From: Antedon mediterranea
Taxonomy: Eukaryota; Animalia; Echinodermata
DNA: 64,000 nt
Direction of reading: 5' to 3'
NCBI RefSeq assembly: GCF_964355755.1
Contig: NC_092672.1
Location: 32,680,437-32,744,436 of the forward strand
Made by a program: the position numbers and the translations under genes. Every line of letters begins with the position of its first letter. The stretch's first letter is position 1. The notes beneath the pieces were generated by a model, which saw only the letters and a program-made list of their open reading frames with translations, was not told the DNA's origin and did not search any database. Of this stretch, positions 1-12,377 are shown piece by piece.

Positions 1-132
1 AAATTTTAACTAAAGAGGAGCACAGCTGACATTTCGGGGTGCCTCCCATCCCATTTTCGTGTACAGTCATTTTTAATATCTGCTACGCAATTTCTTTGAT
101 GAATGATGCCGCATTATTTAAAATAAATCAAG

Positions 133-1731
133 TTACAGCAAAATACATGGGCATGTGGTGGAACGGTGTTGAGATTCTGTTCTTTGACTTCTTTGTGATT
201 CTGCTCTTTGGTGACTTCGATCTTCTTGACTCTGATCTGAATCTGAATCTAGATAACATGTCACATAATGGTTAGGTAATTGTCTTTGCTCTTGCAGTTG
301 TTGTATTTGAGCTTGCAGTTGTTGTTGGCTTTGAGCTTGCAGTTGTTGTTGTCTTTGCGCTTGCAGTTGTTGTTGTCTTTGCGCTTGCAGTTGTTGTTGT
401 CTTTGTTTTTGCAGTTGTTGTTGTCTTTGAGCTTGCATTTGTTGTTGTCTTTGAGCTTGCAGCTGTTGTTGTCTTTGAGCTTGCAATTGTTGTTGTCTTT
501 GAGCTTGCAGTTGTTGTTGTCTTTGAGCTTGCAATTGTTGTTGTCTTTGAGCTTGCAGTTGTTGTTGTCTTTGAGCTTGTAGTTTTTGTTGTCTTTGCGA
601 TTGCAGTTTTTCTCTCTGTGCTTGTAACTGTTGTTGTCTTTGCGCTTTCAATCTGGTTTCTCTTTGCGCTTCATAGTTTGTTGAAGCAATCGGTACACTA
701 TCATAGAATCGACCACTGTTTTCTGTTATTGTAACAACATGATGGTCAGATGTTTGCCTTCTAGATTTTGATATCGATGACTCATGTCCATGTCCTGTAT
801 AGTTTAAATTTCTCGCATCACTGCGTGATGAATAGTTTGCAGTAGGCATCTGTCCAATCTTTCGCCATAACATACATTTTATTCGTAGATTACGCTGTGA
901 ACTGAAGTCAAACAATTGGGACAACTCTTTTATCTGCCAAGATTGTTCTGCCATGGGCAGCTGATACGGATTATCCTCACCTCGATCAATAGTAGCAACC
1001 TCAACAAAGTTTGCCTGCCTAGCAACAGAACTAAAAAACTCTGTATTACCACCTTTTGAATTTTCCAAATAGAATAAGTAGGCACCTGATTTAGCATGGC
1101 TTAGTAAATCTTTAAGTGTATGTCGTGCATTTCGTAGTACTCGTATAGCTGATATAAACTTGCTACATGTGATCAGATCTGCTTTGGCTATGGCTTTAAG
1201 ATGTTCAGATGCAACACGTCTACTAATGGCTTCAAAATGAAGATAATCAGCTGATAACTGTGGTTGCTGATCTAGGCTTGCTAGTAAGCATTCAAAAGCA
1301 ACATCCCAGCTGGAATGTCTATCAAGAACAGTCGCAGTAATCCGAATATCTTCATAACCTCTACTGTTGAGAAACATCCTGACACCAAACAAGTCTGTAC
1401 CGGGTCCTCCGCCCAAAGCGCAGATATTAAGACAGCCGCGGATTGAAACTCTTTCTAATAGCATGTTTAAATGCATGTCAACGTAGAATTGCTGTAGACT
1501 GTCGAAGATACCATAGCATAAGGCGGGAAAATAGAGAAACACATAACAGGCTTGGTACGCAGGATCGTCAAAATCTACATCTCCGTCACCTTGATAAAGC
1601 GATGAGGGTTTATAACAGTCGACAAGTTCCTGCATGCATTCGGTCAGTTCGTCATGCCTGTCGGTGTACAGTAATATTCTATGGACCCCTTGCTTCATGA
1701 GAAGCAGAACAGGTTGTCCAAATCTTTCCAT
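133..1731 (-). CDS. Single-exon class I SAM-dependent methyltransferase-like protein (paralogue 1), Gln-rich repeat linker, C-terminal CaaX (CPCILL)
   Basis: 532-aa ORF; glycine-rich motif I LNICALGGGPGTDL, acidic residue in TVLDR, ADLITCSKFISA strand; strong similarity to ORFs 12884-14845 and 17728-18942; ends TCPCILL*. Confidence 0.85.
   Translation of the reverse strand: MERFGQPVLLLMKQGVHRILLYTDRHDELTECMQELVDCYKPSSLYQGDGDVDFDDPAYQACYVFLYFPALCYGIFDSLQQFYVDMHLNMLLERVSIRGCLNICALGGGPGTDLFGVRMFLNSRGYEDIRITATVLDRHSSWDVAFECLLASLDQQPQLSADYLHFEAISRRVASEHLKAIAKADLITCSKFISAIRVLRNARHTLKDLLSHAKSGAYLFYLENSKGGNTEFFSSVARQANFVEVATIDRGEDNPYQLPMAEQSWQIKELSQLFDFSSQRNLRIKCMLWRKIGQMPTANYSSRSDARNLNYTGHGHESSISKSRRQTSDHHVVTITENSGRFYDSVPIASTNYEAQRETRLKAQRQQQLQAQREKLQSQRQQKLQAQRQQQLQAQRQQQLQAQRQQQLQAQRQQQLQAQRQQQLQAQRQQQMQAQRQQQLQKQRQQQLQAQRQQQLQAQRQQQLQAQSQQQLQAQIQQLQEQRQLPNHYVTCYLDSDSDQSQEDRSHQRAESQRSQRTESQHRSTTCPCILL
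285..650 (-). repeat. Coding 24-bp tandem repeat (QAQRQQQL)n, about 14-15 units
   Basis: Repeated ttgagcttgcagttgttgttgtct on the + strand, inside the 133-1731 ORF. Confidence 0.95.
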
Positions 1732-1995
1732 CTGATGTGCTCCGGGTGAAAGTGTTAATATGAGTAAAATGAAATAACAGTAAATATAGTAGTAGATCTG
1801 GTAAGTCCAAATAACCCTGCAGCCTACACGAGACCTTTCGACCGAAGTAACTTTAGTAGCTGTAGGTCTATCTATAAAAATCTAAGATAATTTCGAACAG
1901 ATTGCGGGAACTGAGAACAAATTTCCTCAAGTAGAAGGCCTAGCGTCTATACAATTTCGATCATTAACTATGTTTTGCTACAGGACGCGAGAACT

Positions 1996-2005
1996 TGGAA
2001 TTTCC
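1996..2005 (+). promoter_or_regulatory. NF-kB-like site TGGAATTTCC upstream of methyltransferase paralogue 1
   Basis: Exact 10-mer about 265 bp upstream of the ATG; also present in the homologous upstream region of paralogue 3. Confidence 0.45.
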
Positions 2006-4284
2006 ATAATTCACACATATGGTGACCGTTTTAACTACAAACAACACTAAACTATAGATTTTCTACGATTTGCTGCCAGATGAAGCATAACGTATTCAAT
2101 GACTATCGTATGTTATTATTATTAGACAAAGGTAGTAATCCATAGAGCACGAGAGGCACATTTGTGTGCGTCACGTCGTGGCTGTAGTGGTGATGGTATG
2201 GTGGTTGATTGAAATTTAGTTTAATTGATTACTAATTGATGACAATAATTAATTGTAGCATACATCACCTTTTGTTGATGTTGATAGACGATGGTCGTGA
2301 TTGGTGTTGTAATGTTTTGCGTCGCACAACTTTGACTTGACTATGAGCATATTGTATATGATCTTTGACTTAACTTTGGACATTTATTTCAAGACAATAC
2401 ACAGCATCGAATGAAATGTAACATCACAATAATGATAAATAATTAATATTCTCATCTTTAAGTTGTCATTGTTTCAATCAATCTGTTGCTCTTTTTTTTC
2501 ATTTTAGGAAGAATGCGTTGATACCTTCAAGAATGAAGTTTGATTGATAAAATACTAAGTTATAAACATTTTAAACTGTTACCGAAACCCAAACTGGGTG
2601 GTCGACTGTGATAACTCTTACCTATACAGTATGACTGCTACTTCAACGTGTGGTTAAATCTAAATATCAATATTAAATATGAAGTATACATATACATGGG
2701 AATGAGAACAATGTCCAAATGAGTATCTATTATGTAAAAACATTCAAAACGTTCAAGTTAATTAACTGTATTCATTGCTCAACATTCTGGTGATTGGAAT
2801 ATATTGTTGGTACCGCTGTAATACTGTAGTTTGGTCTCCGTTCCTACCAAACAGAACCATGTGGTGTGGTTACCTTACTAAATTCAGATATACCTAACAT
2901 ATTGGAATATATTGGTATCACTGCAGGACTGCAACAATTATCACAATCTTAGACACAAATATGCAATGAATGTACCTTTCTCAAGACTAACTTGCGGCGA
3001 ACACTTTATTCATATAAATAGACCTAAACTTTGGAATTATTTCTGTAATCAAATTCCAAGCATGGTGCATAAGCATGGCAAAAGTTTAAAAAGGTCCATT
3101 AAAGAATATCTTTTATTAAATTATACCTCAGATAGTAATCTAATTAATTAAGATACTATATTCTTTTTTATATATATATATAATGTACCGCTTAATTAAG
3201 ACTAGCCTAAGTATTATTATTATTTGTATAATGTAAAGAGGGACTACATCGGGCCTTTTGTAGTCTTTCGACTATATATATATTATATGCCAACCATTGT
3301 TAATGTTATGATATAATATTTTTGGTCAATAAATGTTTCTTGAATTGAATTGAATTGACTATGATGGGTGTCAATACTATAGTCCGGTGGCAGGAAGTGG
3401 GATATCACCACCCGAAAGGGGACAAATTGCCATCCAACTTTTCTAGACCAGAATTTTCCGTAGATTACGAATATGGAAGGTAATCGATCAGGATAGGAAG
3501 CGTTTTCGAGATATAAGGGGTCAAATTTCAAAATTGATCAATATAAAAACATGCTATATCTCTGGAAATTCTGGACCTAGTGAGATAATTTTGGTGTCAA
3601 ATTGTTCACAATGTATATGTTTATATTAGCTCTAACAGAACTTTCTTTGTAAAATTGACCGGAAACCCCATTTTTAGCAATTTTGACCTTTGACTTCTTT
3701 TTGCTATATCTAAGTAACGGCAGGTCGGAGAGAATTAAAAATAGGAGCAAATTGTTCCCAAGATATGCATTTATATTCAGTGTAACAGATGATATTGCTT
3801 GAAAATGACCGGAAGTGTGGTTATTAACCTTTGACATAATTGAATAAGGTTATAAAAACATAAATTAATAAATATTTGTCGTAAGGAGTCAATTTTGGTA
3901 TCAAATTGTTCACAATATATATGTTTATACTTGCCATAATGCAATATTTTTTTTCAAAAACTGACTGAGACACTATTTTTCTGTAATTTTAACCTTTGAC
4001 CTGTTTTTCTCATCTAAATAACGACATGGCATAGAGATTTCTAACGGCAAATTGTTTATAATAGATATTTTTATTCAATCTAATAGATTATACTGCTTGA
4101 AAAATACAAGTATGATTATTGCTTTGAAATCCTGTACATAAGAGCCTATCGGGCGGATTTAATGCGAGGTGTGGAAGGGGAATACTACTAATATACAGTA
4201 CAATGTCTTTCAGAAACATTTAAGCAATTTCAATCAGGTATACATGTATCTCCAATAAACGGAATTTACGGTTCATAGAGAAGT

Positions 4285-5030
4285 TACCCATGGTTCATTT
4301 TTGGCAAATCCATATGGGTTCCTTTTAAAAGGATTGAGGGTGCACAGACAGGCTTTTCCTATGGCTTAATATTGGAACCTACAGTTTTAGTTACCCGATA
4401 TATTTCTAACACAGTAACTTATGTAGCGAAATGCATTGATCCGATACAGGGGCCAAATGTAGAACTGAACATACAGTAGAGAAGGGTCTAAATAGATGAC
4501 CTGCTGTTGTTTCATTTTAGGCAAAATCCAAATGGGTTCCTTAAGGATCGAGAGTGCATAGGCAGCTTTATTCCATGTGCCTGTCTATATAAACCCACAT
4601 TGTCACTCCTTATCCATTATGGGGCTTAATGTCCATCCATGGAGAACGACCGGCCCTTGGGTTAATTTGGGCAAATCCATAAAATGTTCCTTATGGATGA
4701 TCGAGGGTGCACAGGGATATTTATTATATCTCTATGAACCCACATTTTCACCCCACATACAGTATTTCCAATATAGGGTCTTTTGTATACCCACATAGAG
4801 AACCCCGAAAGGTCCATGAAGGACCGGCCCTTGGGTTCATTTGGGCAAATCCATAAATGTTATTTAAAGATTGAGGGTGAACATTTTAGTTTTATTCCAT
4901 AGTTCATCTATGAACTATTCACCCCATATTAATTTCTAATACAGGGCCTTATGTAGCACACCACATAGAGATCCGAAAAGGGTCCTTAGAGGGTTCATTC
5001 GGGCAAATCCATATGGGTTATTTTAGAATC
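4285..5030. repeat. Degenerate minisatellite (units ~150-200 bp) with core ggttcatttgggcaaatccatatgg...gattgagggtgcaca
   Basis: Core recurs near 4290, 4510, 4660, 4835 and 4995. Confidence 0.65.
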
Positions 5031-5192
5031 TTTTATGTACAGGAAACTCTTTCCTGTATGGGCCAAACTATCTGTGGCTATATAAAAATTGTGGTCTGTC
5101 TGTGTAATGATTTGTGGATTGAGTTTGGCCACCTGGATCTGCCTATGCCCTATCCTGTACGAATTGGTATTCTCTGGTTCTGATGAATAGTA

Positions 5193-6615
5193 GTTTGTTT
5201 GTTTGTTTGTTTTATCTTTATACTGGGTGACCTCTTCAGTCAAAGACTGATCTCCCAGAGGGCCCAGTTGGTGATCAGTGGCTGTGATGTACTAGTACAC
5301 CGGGGTGCGATTTTTTTTTTCGTACATAAGTTGGGGACCCCATCGTGAAACGTCACAAAATAAACATGAATAATTCATCAGTTAAATTTTCTTGTTCCGT
5401 GTGCACCCAAGCGTATAGCAACAAGAAGTGATTACACAAGTGCGGTACGATTCTAGGCCTATCTCCGCTGATTTCATAATAGAATAGCGGAGTTTTGTGT
5501 GTCTCTAAACCCCTGTATATTCTAGTAGTAGCTGTGTGGGTGTGTGTGACTTGTGTCTTTGGGCTATGTCCAATTACTACTTAGTTTAATGTTTTGCCTA
5601 GCTGTCGATTAGCCTCGACACATTTTGCATAGTGGACGTGTGTGTGAAGAAGAGTGCGCGAAGGCAATCACGTGAATTGACCTAGAATCCTATACTAGTC
5701 CTATTATTGTAGAAAGAATCGTATCGCAGTTGTTGTTCCGTGTGCACCCAAGCGTTCTTGGACATAGCCCAAAGAAAGCTTAGACCCACAAGAATAAAGA
5801 ATGTGTATAATTTGTGTACTGTATTTTTTAAATTCTGCTATCAATTATCAAACAATATGCAATGTACTCAAAGGAACTTTAAAAATGCGCGTATATGAAC
5901 ACATGAGATGGGAAGATTTGACCCACGAGAATAAAAAAATGTATTTTTGTGTAATGTTTATTGTTTAATTTTGCTGACTTATTACTCGGATTGTGTCATA
6001 CCAAAGATAGTGTAACTATCTTTGGTCATACCTAACACACACACACACACGTCACACACATCCACACAGCTACTACTAGAATAGACATGGGTTTAGAGAC
6101 TAATAATTAGGCCTAATAGTATCAATAGAAACTATAATTTTAACAGGTAATTCTTTAGTAATAAATTATATTAAAAAACACCATAAACTAAAGGCCGATT
6201 ATTTCGACAATCCACACAAAACGCCGCTATTCTTCAACAGCGGAGATAGGCCTAGAATCGTACCGCACTTGTGTAATCACTTCTTGTTGCTATACGCTTG
6301 GGTGCACACGGAACAAGAAAATTTAACTGATGAATTATTCATGTTTATTTTGTGACGTTTCATGAGGGGGTCCCCAACTTATGTACGAAAAAAAAAATCG
6401 CCACCGGGGTAACCCCCTACTCGTCTCGAAAGATGTACTAGGTTCTTTAAAGTGCACACGAGCAAGTTGTGTACACTGGACCTACGGTTTATAGTCCTTA
6501 TCCAAGAAGACTCGTTCTACCACCAGAACCATGGAGTGAGTGAGCCTCGAACCCCTGCCGATGTTATGGCTACGTGATTACGGTTCCACTGTCTTAACCG
6601 CTCGGCCACTCACTC
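5193..6615 (-). mobile_element. tRNA-derived SINE interrupted by a MULE-like insertion
   Basis: Minus-strand 5' end gtggccgagcggttaag (A box) ... ggggttcgaggc (B box); (AAAC)n tail at ~5193-5213; diverged copy at ~23430-23600. Confidence 0.75.
5307..6401. mobile_element. Mutator/MULE-like non-autonomous foldback element, long TIRs, 9-bp TSD caccggggt
   Basis: 5307-~5470 is the near-perfect reverse complement of ~6240-6401; caccggggt at 5298-5306 and 6402-6410. Confidence 0.8.
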
Positions 6616-8951
6616 ATATAATATATAATAATTTATTTTCCAAAAAACGAATATTGTAGCCCTAATAAATGCAACAACTGTATAGTGGCAAATCATTGAA
6701 GGTCAGCGTTACATTTTAACATCATAACATTTTAACCGTCATAATATTAATAATATTAATAATTTTATTATTTATTTTACAGTATTATATGAATACATTT
6801 AAAATATTGCGCACTAGAAAAAATATAAAAATACCATAACTTTTGACCTTTGACCTATGTCAACTTGTGTAATGATAAATGTGCTCTTTTGATTGTGTAT
6901 GAATGATAGATGTCTTAACAGAATGATAAAACATAACATTTTGTCTTAAATGTTAGTTTTTATTTGGGTTTATATGCAAATTGTGTGATTGGTCAATATT
7001 GACATTTGACCTTTAATTGAAAAGTATTTGTTTTATAAGGCGACTGAATAGATACCTATAACCATACAAATGCATTAAAAGACCAAATTGAACTTCAATA
7101 AATTGGTTATAATACATATGTATATAATACATTGTTATAATTGGTCAATTTTTAACTTTGACCCTTATCTCTTCCTATTCGCTTCCTATCCTGATCAAAG
7201 TCTGATTCGATTAAATATTATAATTATATTAATCAAAATTATAATGAAATAACATAACTTTACTAATCAAATAATTTTATTACTTGTAAAACCATCAATA
7301 TCATAGTTTGGACAACTTTGCATTTATTTGTTAACTAATACGTGTATTAAAATGTTGACCTTTGACCTTATGTCCACTGATGAAATTGACCTTATGTCAA
7401 CTGATGAAATGATGTATTCGCTCTTTTACATTGCGTATGATTGATTAACAGGATGAGAAAACATCCAATTTTTATTAAATATAAGTTTTTATTTGGTTTT
7501 ATAGGTACGTTCTATGATTGGTCAATATTGACATTTGACCCTTAATTACAAAGGATTTTTGTTTTCATAAGGTGATTGAATAGACACTTATAATCATAAA
7601 AATGTAATAAAAGACCAAATTGTGCTTCAATAAATTTGTTATAATACATATAGCCTACATAATACATTGTTGTAATTGGTCATTTTTGAACTTTGACCCC
7701 TTATATCTCGAAAACGCTTCCTATCCTGATCGATTACCTTCCATATTCGTAATCTACGGAAAATTCTGGTCTAGAAAAGTTGGATGGCAATTTGTCCCCT
7801 TTCGGGTGGTGATTCCCCCCTCCTGCCACCGGACTACTATGACCTAAATAGAATACAGAGAGGAACCTGTTGTTAATGTCATGTAGCAGAATGGTAAGTT
7901 GTTTTAAAATTGTGGTTTCATCATTTTTTGTATTTTTGCTCCAATACCTGACCTAGTGTAGTGGACTTGAGGAACTTGTTGGTGATGGCAGTACCTTTGC
8001 TATTAGACGACCTGATGATGCTTTGTTTTGTTTTGCTTTGCTTAGTCGTTTTAGTATTTCTGGTCTTTGTGCACATGGCGTATGTCGAATACTTTAAAGA
8101 TGTCGCATACATTGAGTGATGCTACTCAAGTACTCTGTTCGACGTTGTTACTGGATGGAAAGTTGTGTAGTAACTTTTTTTTTTGTCTTATGTAGGATCG
8201 ACCCACTTTTATTTCTTCATCAATAAAATGTTCGTTTACAATGAGTACATTGAGCACATGAGTAATGTAATGATACAATTAGACTAGGCTATGAATGAGG
8301 TAGGTGCCACCCGGAGAGGTAGAAATTCTCATATGACTTTTCTAGACCAGTTTTTTCTGGGGAATCCAAATATATTGGGTAAACGGGCTGTAACCTGAGA
8401 ACTTTCGCGTGAGGGCGCTTTTTTCAAAATGGCTGCCAGTTACCGTAGACTATGATATCTTGGCAACCACTGGTCATAGAGAGTTGATTTTGGTGTCAAA
8501 TTGTTCGGAATGTACATGTTCCTATTTGATGTAATAGAACATTTTGTCAGAAAATGGCCGGAAATACCTCTATTGACCTTTGACCCAATATCTAACAGAT
8601 ATCATATCTTCATAACTACTCGACACAGAAAGTTGTAATTGGTGTCAAACTCTCCAGAATATAGATGTTTATATTCAAACTAATAGAACATTATCTGTAA
8701 AAATGACCGGAAATAACGTTACTGACCTTTGACCCAAAATGCAAGACATTTCTCCCATCTGATCTCGTTAATCTTGTCAATTAATTCATTTTGTGCCAAT
8801 TGGAGGTTGACATTCTCATATTATTTTCTGGACCAGTTTTTCATGTGCAATCCGAATATATGAGATAAATAAGCCATAACAAGGCCAAGAATTTAATTCT
8901 CTTTTACTACATACATGCTTCCCTTTAGTGTTTCAGACTGTATGTCGTGTA

Positions 8952-10430
8952 TTAATCTTCAAGATCGCTCACATCACTGCAATCTGAAAAGTCTTCATAT
9001 TCATTATGTGTAAACAGTTCCTGGACATCAGTGGGCATCACTGTCTCAATCCATTTAGGCTCCATTTGTTCGTTCCATCCATTGTGTGTACTGTTGTTGA
9101 CAAAATCATTGACGTCTGCTGATTGCCATTCTTTAGTAATGAAGTTTGCTCTAAGTATATGAAACTCAAGGGTCTGCTGACATAGTGGCAGTAATGATAT
9201 ATCTGTAATCTTGTTGTGTCACGTCTGGAAAACTTTCTGTTGAAGGTATCATATCTTGCTTGATTTACACTTTCCCCCTTCACTCCATACAATAGTGAAA
9301 CATACTCTTCAAGTTCCTCATACAACTCTTTTGATGGAACATCTGACACTCCAAGGTTGCAGAATGCGTCAACAAATTTTGCTTTTGATTCCAGAAGCTT
9401 CCAGCAGGTACGTTTTCCTTTCCGAAAGAAAGCGGAGTTATAATCGTTACCTGTGAAAGCATGGAATCCAATAAGGGATGATTTCTGCGCTTTTGTTAAA
9501 TCAATGTCACTCAATTTCAGTACCTTTCGGTATTTCCCAGTGTTTGTATCAATAATTACCCTCTGCCCATCATCTATGAAATGAGATAGTGCAATGACTG
9601 GAATATCAATGTCTCCAGAATGGGAACGAATTATTGCTACGCCTTGATTGTTATTTGTTAAAGCATGCTTTGCATGCAGGATGACTTTCGTGTAGGCTTC
9701 TTCTTCCGGCTACTATTAAGCTCCGGAACCAATACAACATCTCAGTTAGTAACGTAGATGCATTCTTTGTACGATGAAAAGTAGGTAACATCAATCCTCA
9801 TATCTGTTGGAATGCTTTCTTTCTTTGATACTAGTACACAGCGAATAAGCTCAATCAATCTGGTCTTGTTCTCGCCGTTGGCAAGGAAATTGTTGAAATC
9901 ACGGCCAACTTTAATATTGTTGAGCTTACAATTACTTTTGGTGCAATACCGCGTATGTTTCTCTCAACAGACTTAATGCTTTTTGGCAGGTATGCATCGG
10001 TAACAATATCAACACGCTTGTATCCTTTAGGGATGCTGTTGAAAACCTTTGCTACAAGATCCTCGTACGTATCAGGGTAAGATGTAAATGTTCTGATTAG
10101 TGCCATCAAGTCAACAACATAGGCAATGACAGTAGCCTTTGCTGGCAGTGCCCGACCAGGATCTATAACATCTGTTGAACTTTCGATGAGAATTTCCATT
10201 AGGACACTTTTCTGAGTTGTTCGTCTTGTCCCATCTGCATTAGCAAGGCTTAGCGGGACAGGGGTAAGTGGATACTCAAAGGCTTTCTTAAAGTCAATTA
10301 TTCTACCATGCTTTGTTGAGGTGGCAAGAAGCTTTCCTAAAACATCCCGATTAGCTTATATTACTTTTACTTTCCCATTTGCCTGGATTTCTAGTTTCTT
10401 CCCACTATTCGAAAATAAAGTGAGATGATG
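8952..10430 (-). pseudogene. Frameshifted 3' part of a transposon-encoded protein with FEN1/XPG-like nuclease motifs
   Basis: ORF pieces 9855-10199 (YVVDLMALIR...RVDIVTDAY) and 9038-9514 (GFHAFTGNDYNSAFFRKGK); broken by indels. Confidence 0.7.
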
Positions 10431-10454
10431 TTATGGATCCTGGTCGAGCACTGC

Positions 10455-11463
10455 GAGAAACAGACGCGGTATTGCACCAAAAGTAATTGTAAGCTCAAAA
10501 ATATCAAAGTTGCCCCGTGATTTCAACAATTTCCTTGCCAACGGCGAGAACAAGACCAGATTGATTGAGCTTATTCGCTGTGTACTAGTGTCAAAGAAAG
10601 AAAGCATTCTAACAGATATGAGGAGTGATGTTATTTACTTTTCATCGTACAAAGAATGCATCTACGTAATACTAAACTGAGATGTTGTATTGGTTCCGGA
10701 GCTTAATAGTAGCCAAGAAGAAGCCGACACGAAAGTCATCCTGCATGCAAAGCATGCTTTAACAAATAACAATCAAGGCGTAGCAATAATTCGTTCCCAT
10801 TCTGGAGACATTGACATTCCAGTCATTTCACTATCTCATTTCATAGATGATGGGCAGAGGGTAATTATTGATACAAACACTGGGAAATACCGAAATGTAC
10901 TGAAATTGAGTGACATTGATTTAAAAAAAGCGCAGAAATCATCCCTTATTGGATTCCATGCTTTCACAGGTAACGAGTATAACTCCGCTTTCGTTCGGAA
11001 AGGAAAACGTACCTGCTGGAAGCTTCTGGAATCAAAAGCAACATTTGTTGACACATTCTGCAACCTTGGAGTGTCAGATGTTCCATCAAAAGAGTTGTAT
11101 GAGGAACTTGAAGAGTATGTTTCACCATTGTATGGAGTGAAGGGGAAAAGTGTAAATCAAGCAAGATATGATATCTTCAACAGAAAGTTTTCCAGACACA
11201 ACAAGATTACAGATATATCATTACTGCCACTATGTCAGCAGACCTTTGAGTTTCATATACTTAGAGCAAACTTCATTACTAAAGAATGGCAATCAGCAGA
11301 CGTCAATGATTTTGTCAACAACAGTACACACAATGGATGGAACGAACAAATGGAGCCTAAATGGATTGAGACAGTGATTCTCACTGATGTCCAGGAACTG
11401 TTTACACATAATGAATATGAAGACTTTTCAGATTGCAGTGATGTGAGCGATCTTGAAGATTAA
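10455..11463 (+). pseudogene. Second, inverted copy of the same 5'-truncated transposon gene
   Basis: 257-aa ORF with QEEADTKVILHAKHA...HSGDIDI...FHAFTGNEY motifs; upstream part is frameshifted and has no authentic start. Confidence 0.7.
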
Positions 11464-12341
11464 TACACGACATACAGACTGAAACACTAAAGGGAAGCAT
11501 GTATGTAGTAAAAGAATTAAATTCTTGGCCTTGTTATGGCTTATTTATCTCATATATTCGGATTGCACATGAAAAACTGGTCCAGAAAATAATATGAGAA
11601 TGTCAACCTCTAATTGGCACAAAATGAATTAATTGACAGGATTAACGTGATCAGATAGGAGAAATGTCTTGCATTTTGGGTCAAAGGTCAGTAACGTTAT
11701 TTCCGGTCATTTTTACAGATAATGTTCTATTAGTTTGAATATAAACATCTATATTTTGGAGAGTTTGACACCAATTACAACTTTCTGTGTCGAGTAGTTA
11801 CGGAGATATGATATCTGTTAGATATTGGGTCAAAGGTCAATAGAGGTATTTCCGGCCATTTTCTGACAAAATGTTCTATTACATCAAATAGGAACATGTA
11901 CATTCCAAACAATTTGACACCAAAATCAACTCTCTATGACCAGTGGTTGCCAAGATATCATAGTCTACTGTAACTGGCAGCCATTTTGAAAAAAGCGCCC
12001 TCACGCAAAAGTTCTCAGGTTACAGCCCGTTTACCCAATATATTTGGATTCCCCAGAAAAAAACTGGTCTAGAAAAGTTATATGAGAATTTCTACCTCTC
12101 CGGGTGGCACCTACCTCATTCATAGCCTAGTCTAAATACAATATAATTGACATTAACTAACTTTCAGTACAACTGATATCTCACTCCTACCATTGCATTT
12201 TATATATAATAGTATAAGGAAAGAAAAAAAAATTCCTCTATGTTATACACTCTTTACACGTTTTTCAATCCTTAACAATGTACGTATAATTTACCACAGA
12301 ATTCTTAATTTTATAACTCTTTTTATCTCTTTCAGGCAATG

Positions 12342-12377
<36 letters not shown>

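Larger units (their letters stand above)
3380..7836. mobile_element. Non-autonomous DNA transposon with ~160-bp TIRs, TAG...CTA termini and 3-bp TSD (cta); hosts nested insertions
   Basis: tagtccggtggcagga...cccgaaaggggacaaattgcc at 3380 is the reverse complement of ~7675-7836; cta on both flanks; many subterminal ttgacctttgacc motifs. Confidence 0.85.
8280..12134. mobile_element. Giant foldback DNA transposon derivative: ~1.68-kb inverted arms (8280-~9963 and ~10455-12134), TAG...CTA termini, 3-bp TSD aat
   Basis: tagactaggctatgaatgagg... matches ...cctcattcatagcctagtcta; arms carry mirror-image ORFs (9038-9514 minus, 10690-11463 plus); aat on both flanks. Confidence 0.9.

Noticed and set aside
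280-582. Leu-rich 100-aa ORF on the + strand
   Set aside because: Antisense shadow of the Gln-rich coding repeat
6530-6615. tRNA gene
   Set aside because: A and B boxes are present, but no convincing cloverleaf; it continues into a SINE body and tail
10690-11463. Functional transposase or host nuclease gene
   Set aside because: 5'-truncated, non-ATG start, upstream frameshift, lies in a foldback arm
12342-12374. Poly(A) run as the retrocopy tail of the methyltransferase-RRM gene
   Set aside because: It is on the + strand whereas the gene is on the minus strand, so the orientation is wrong
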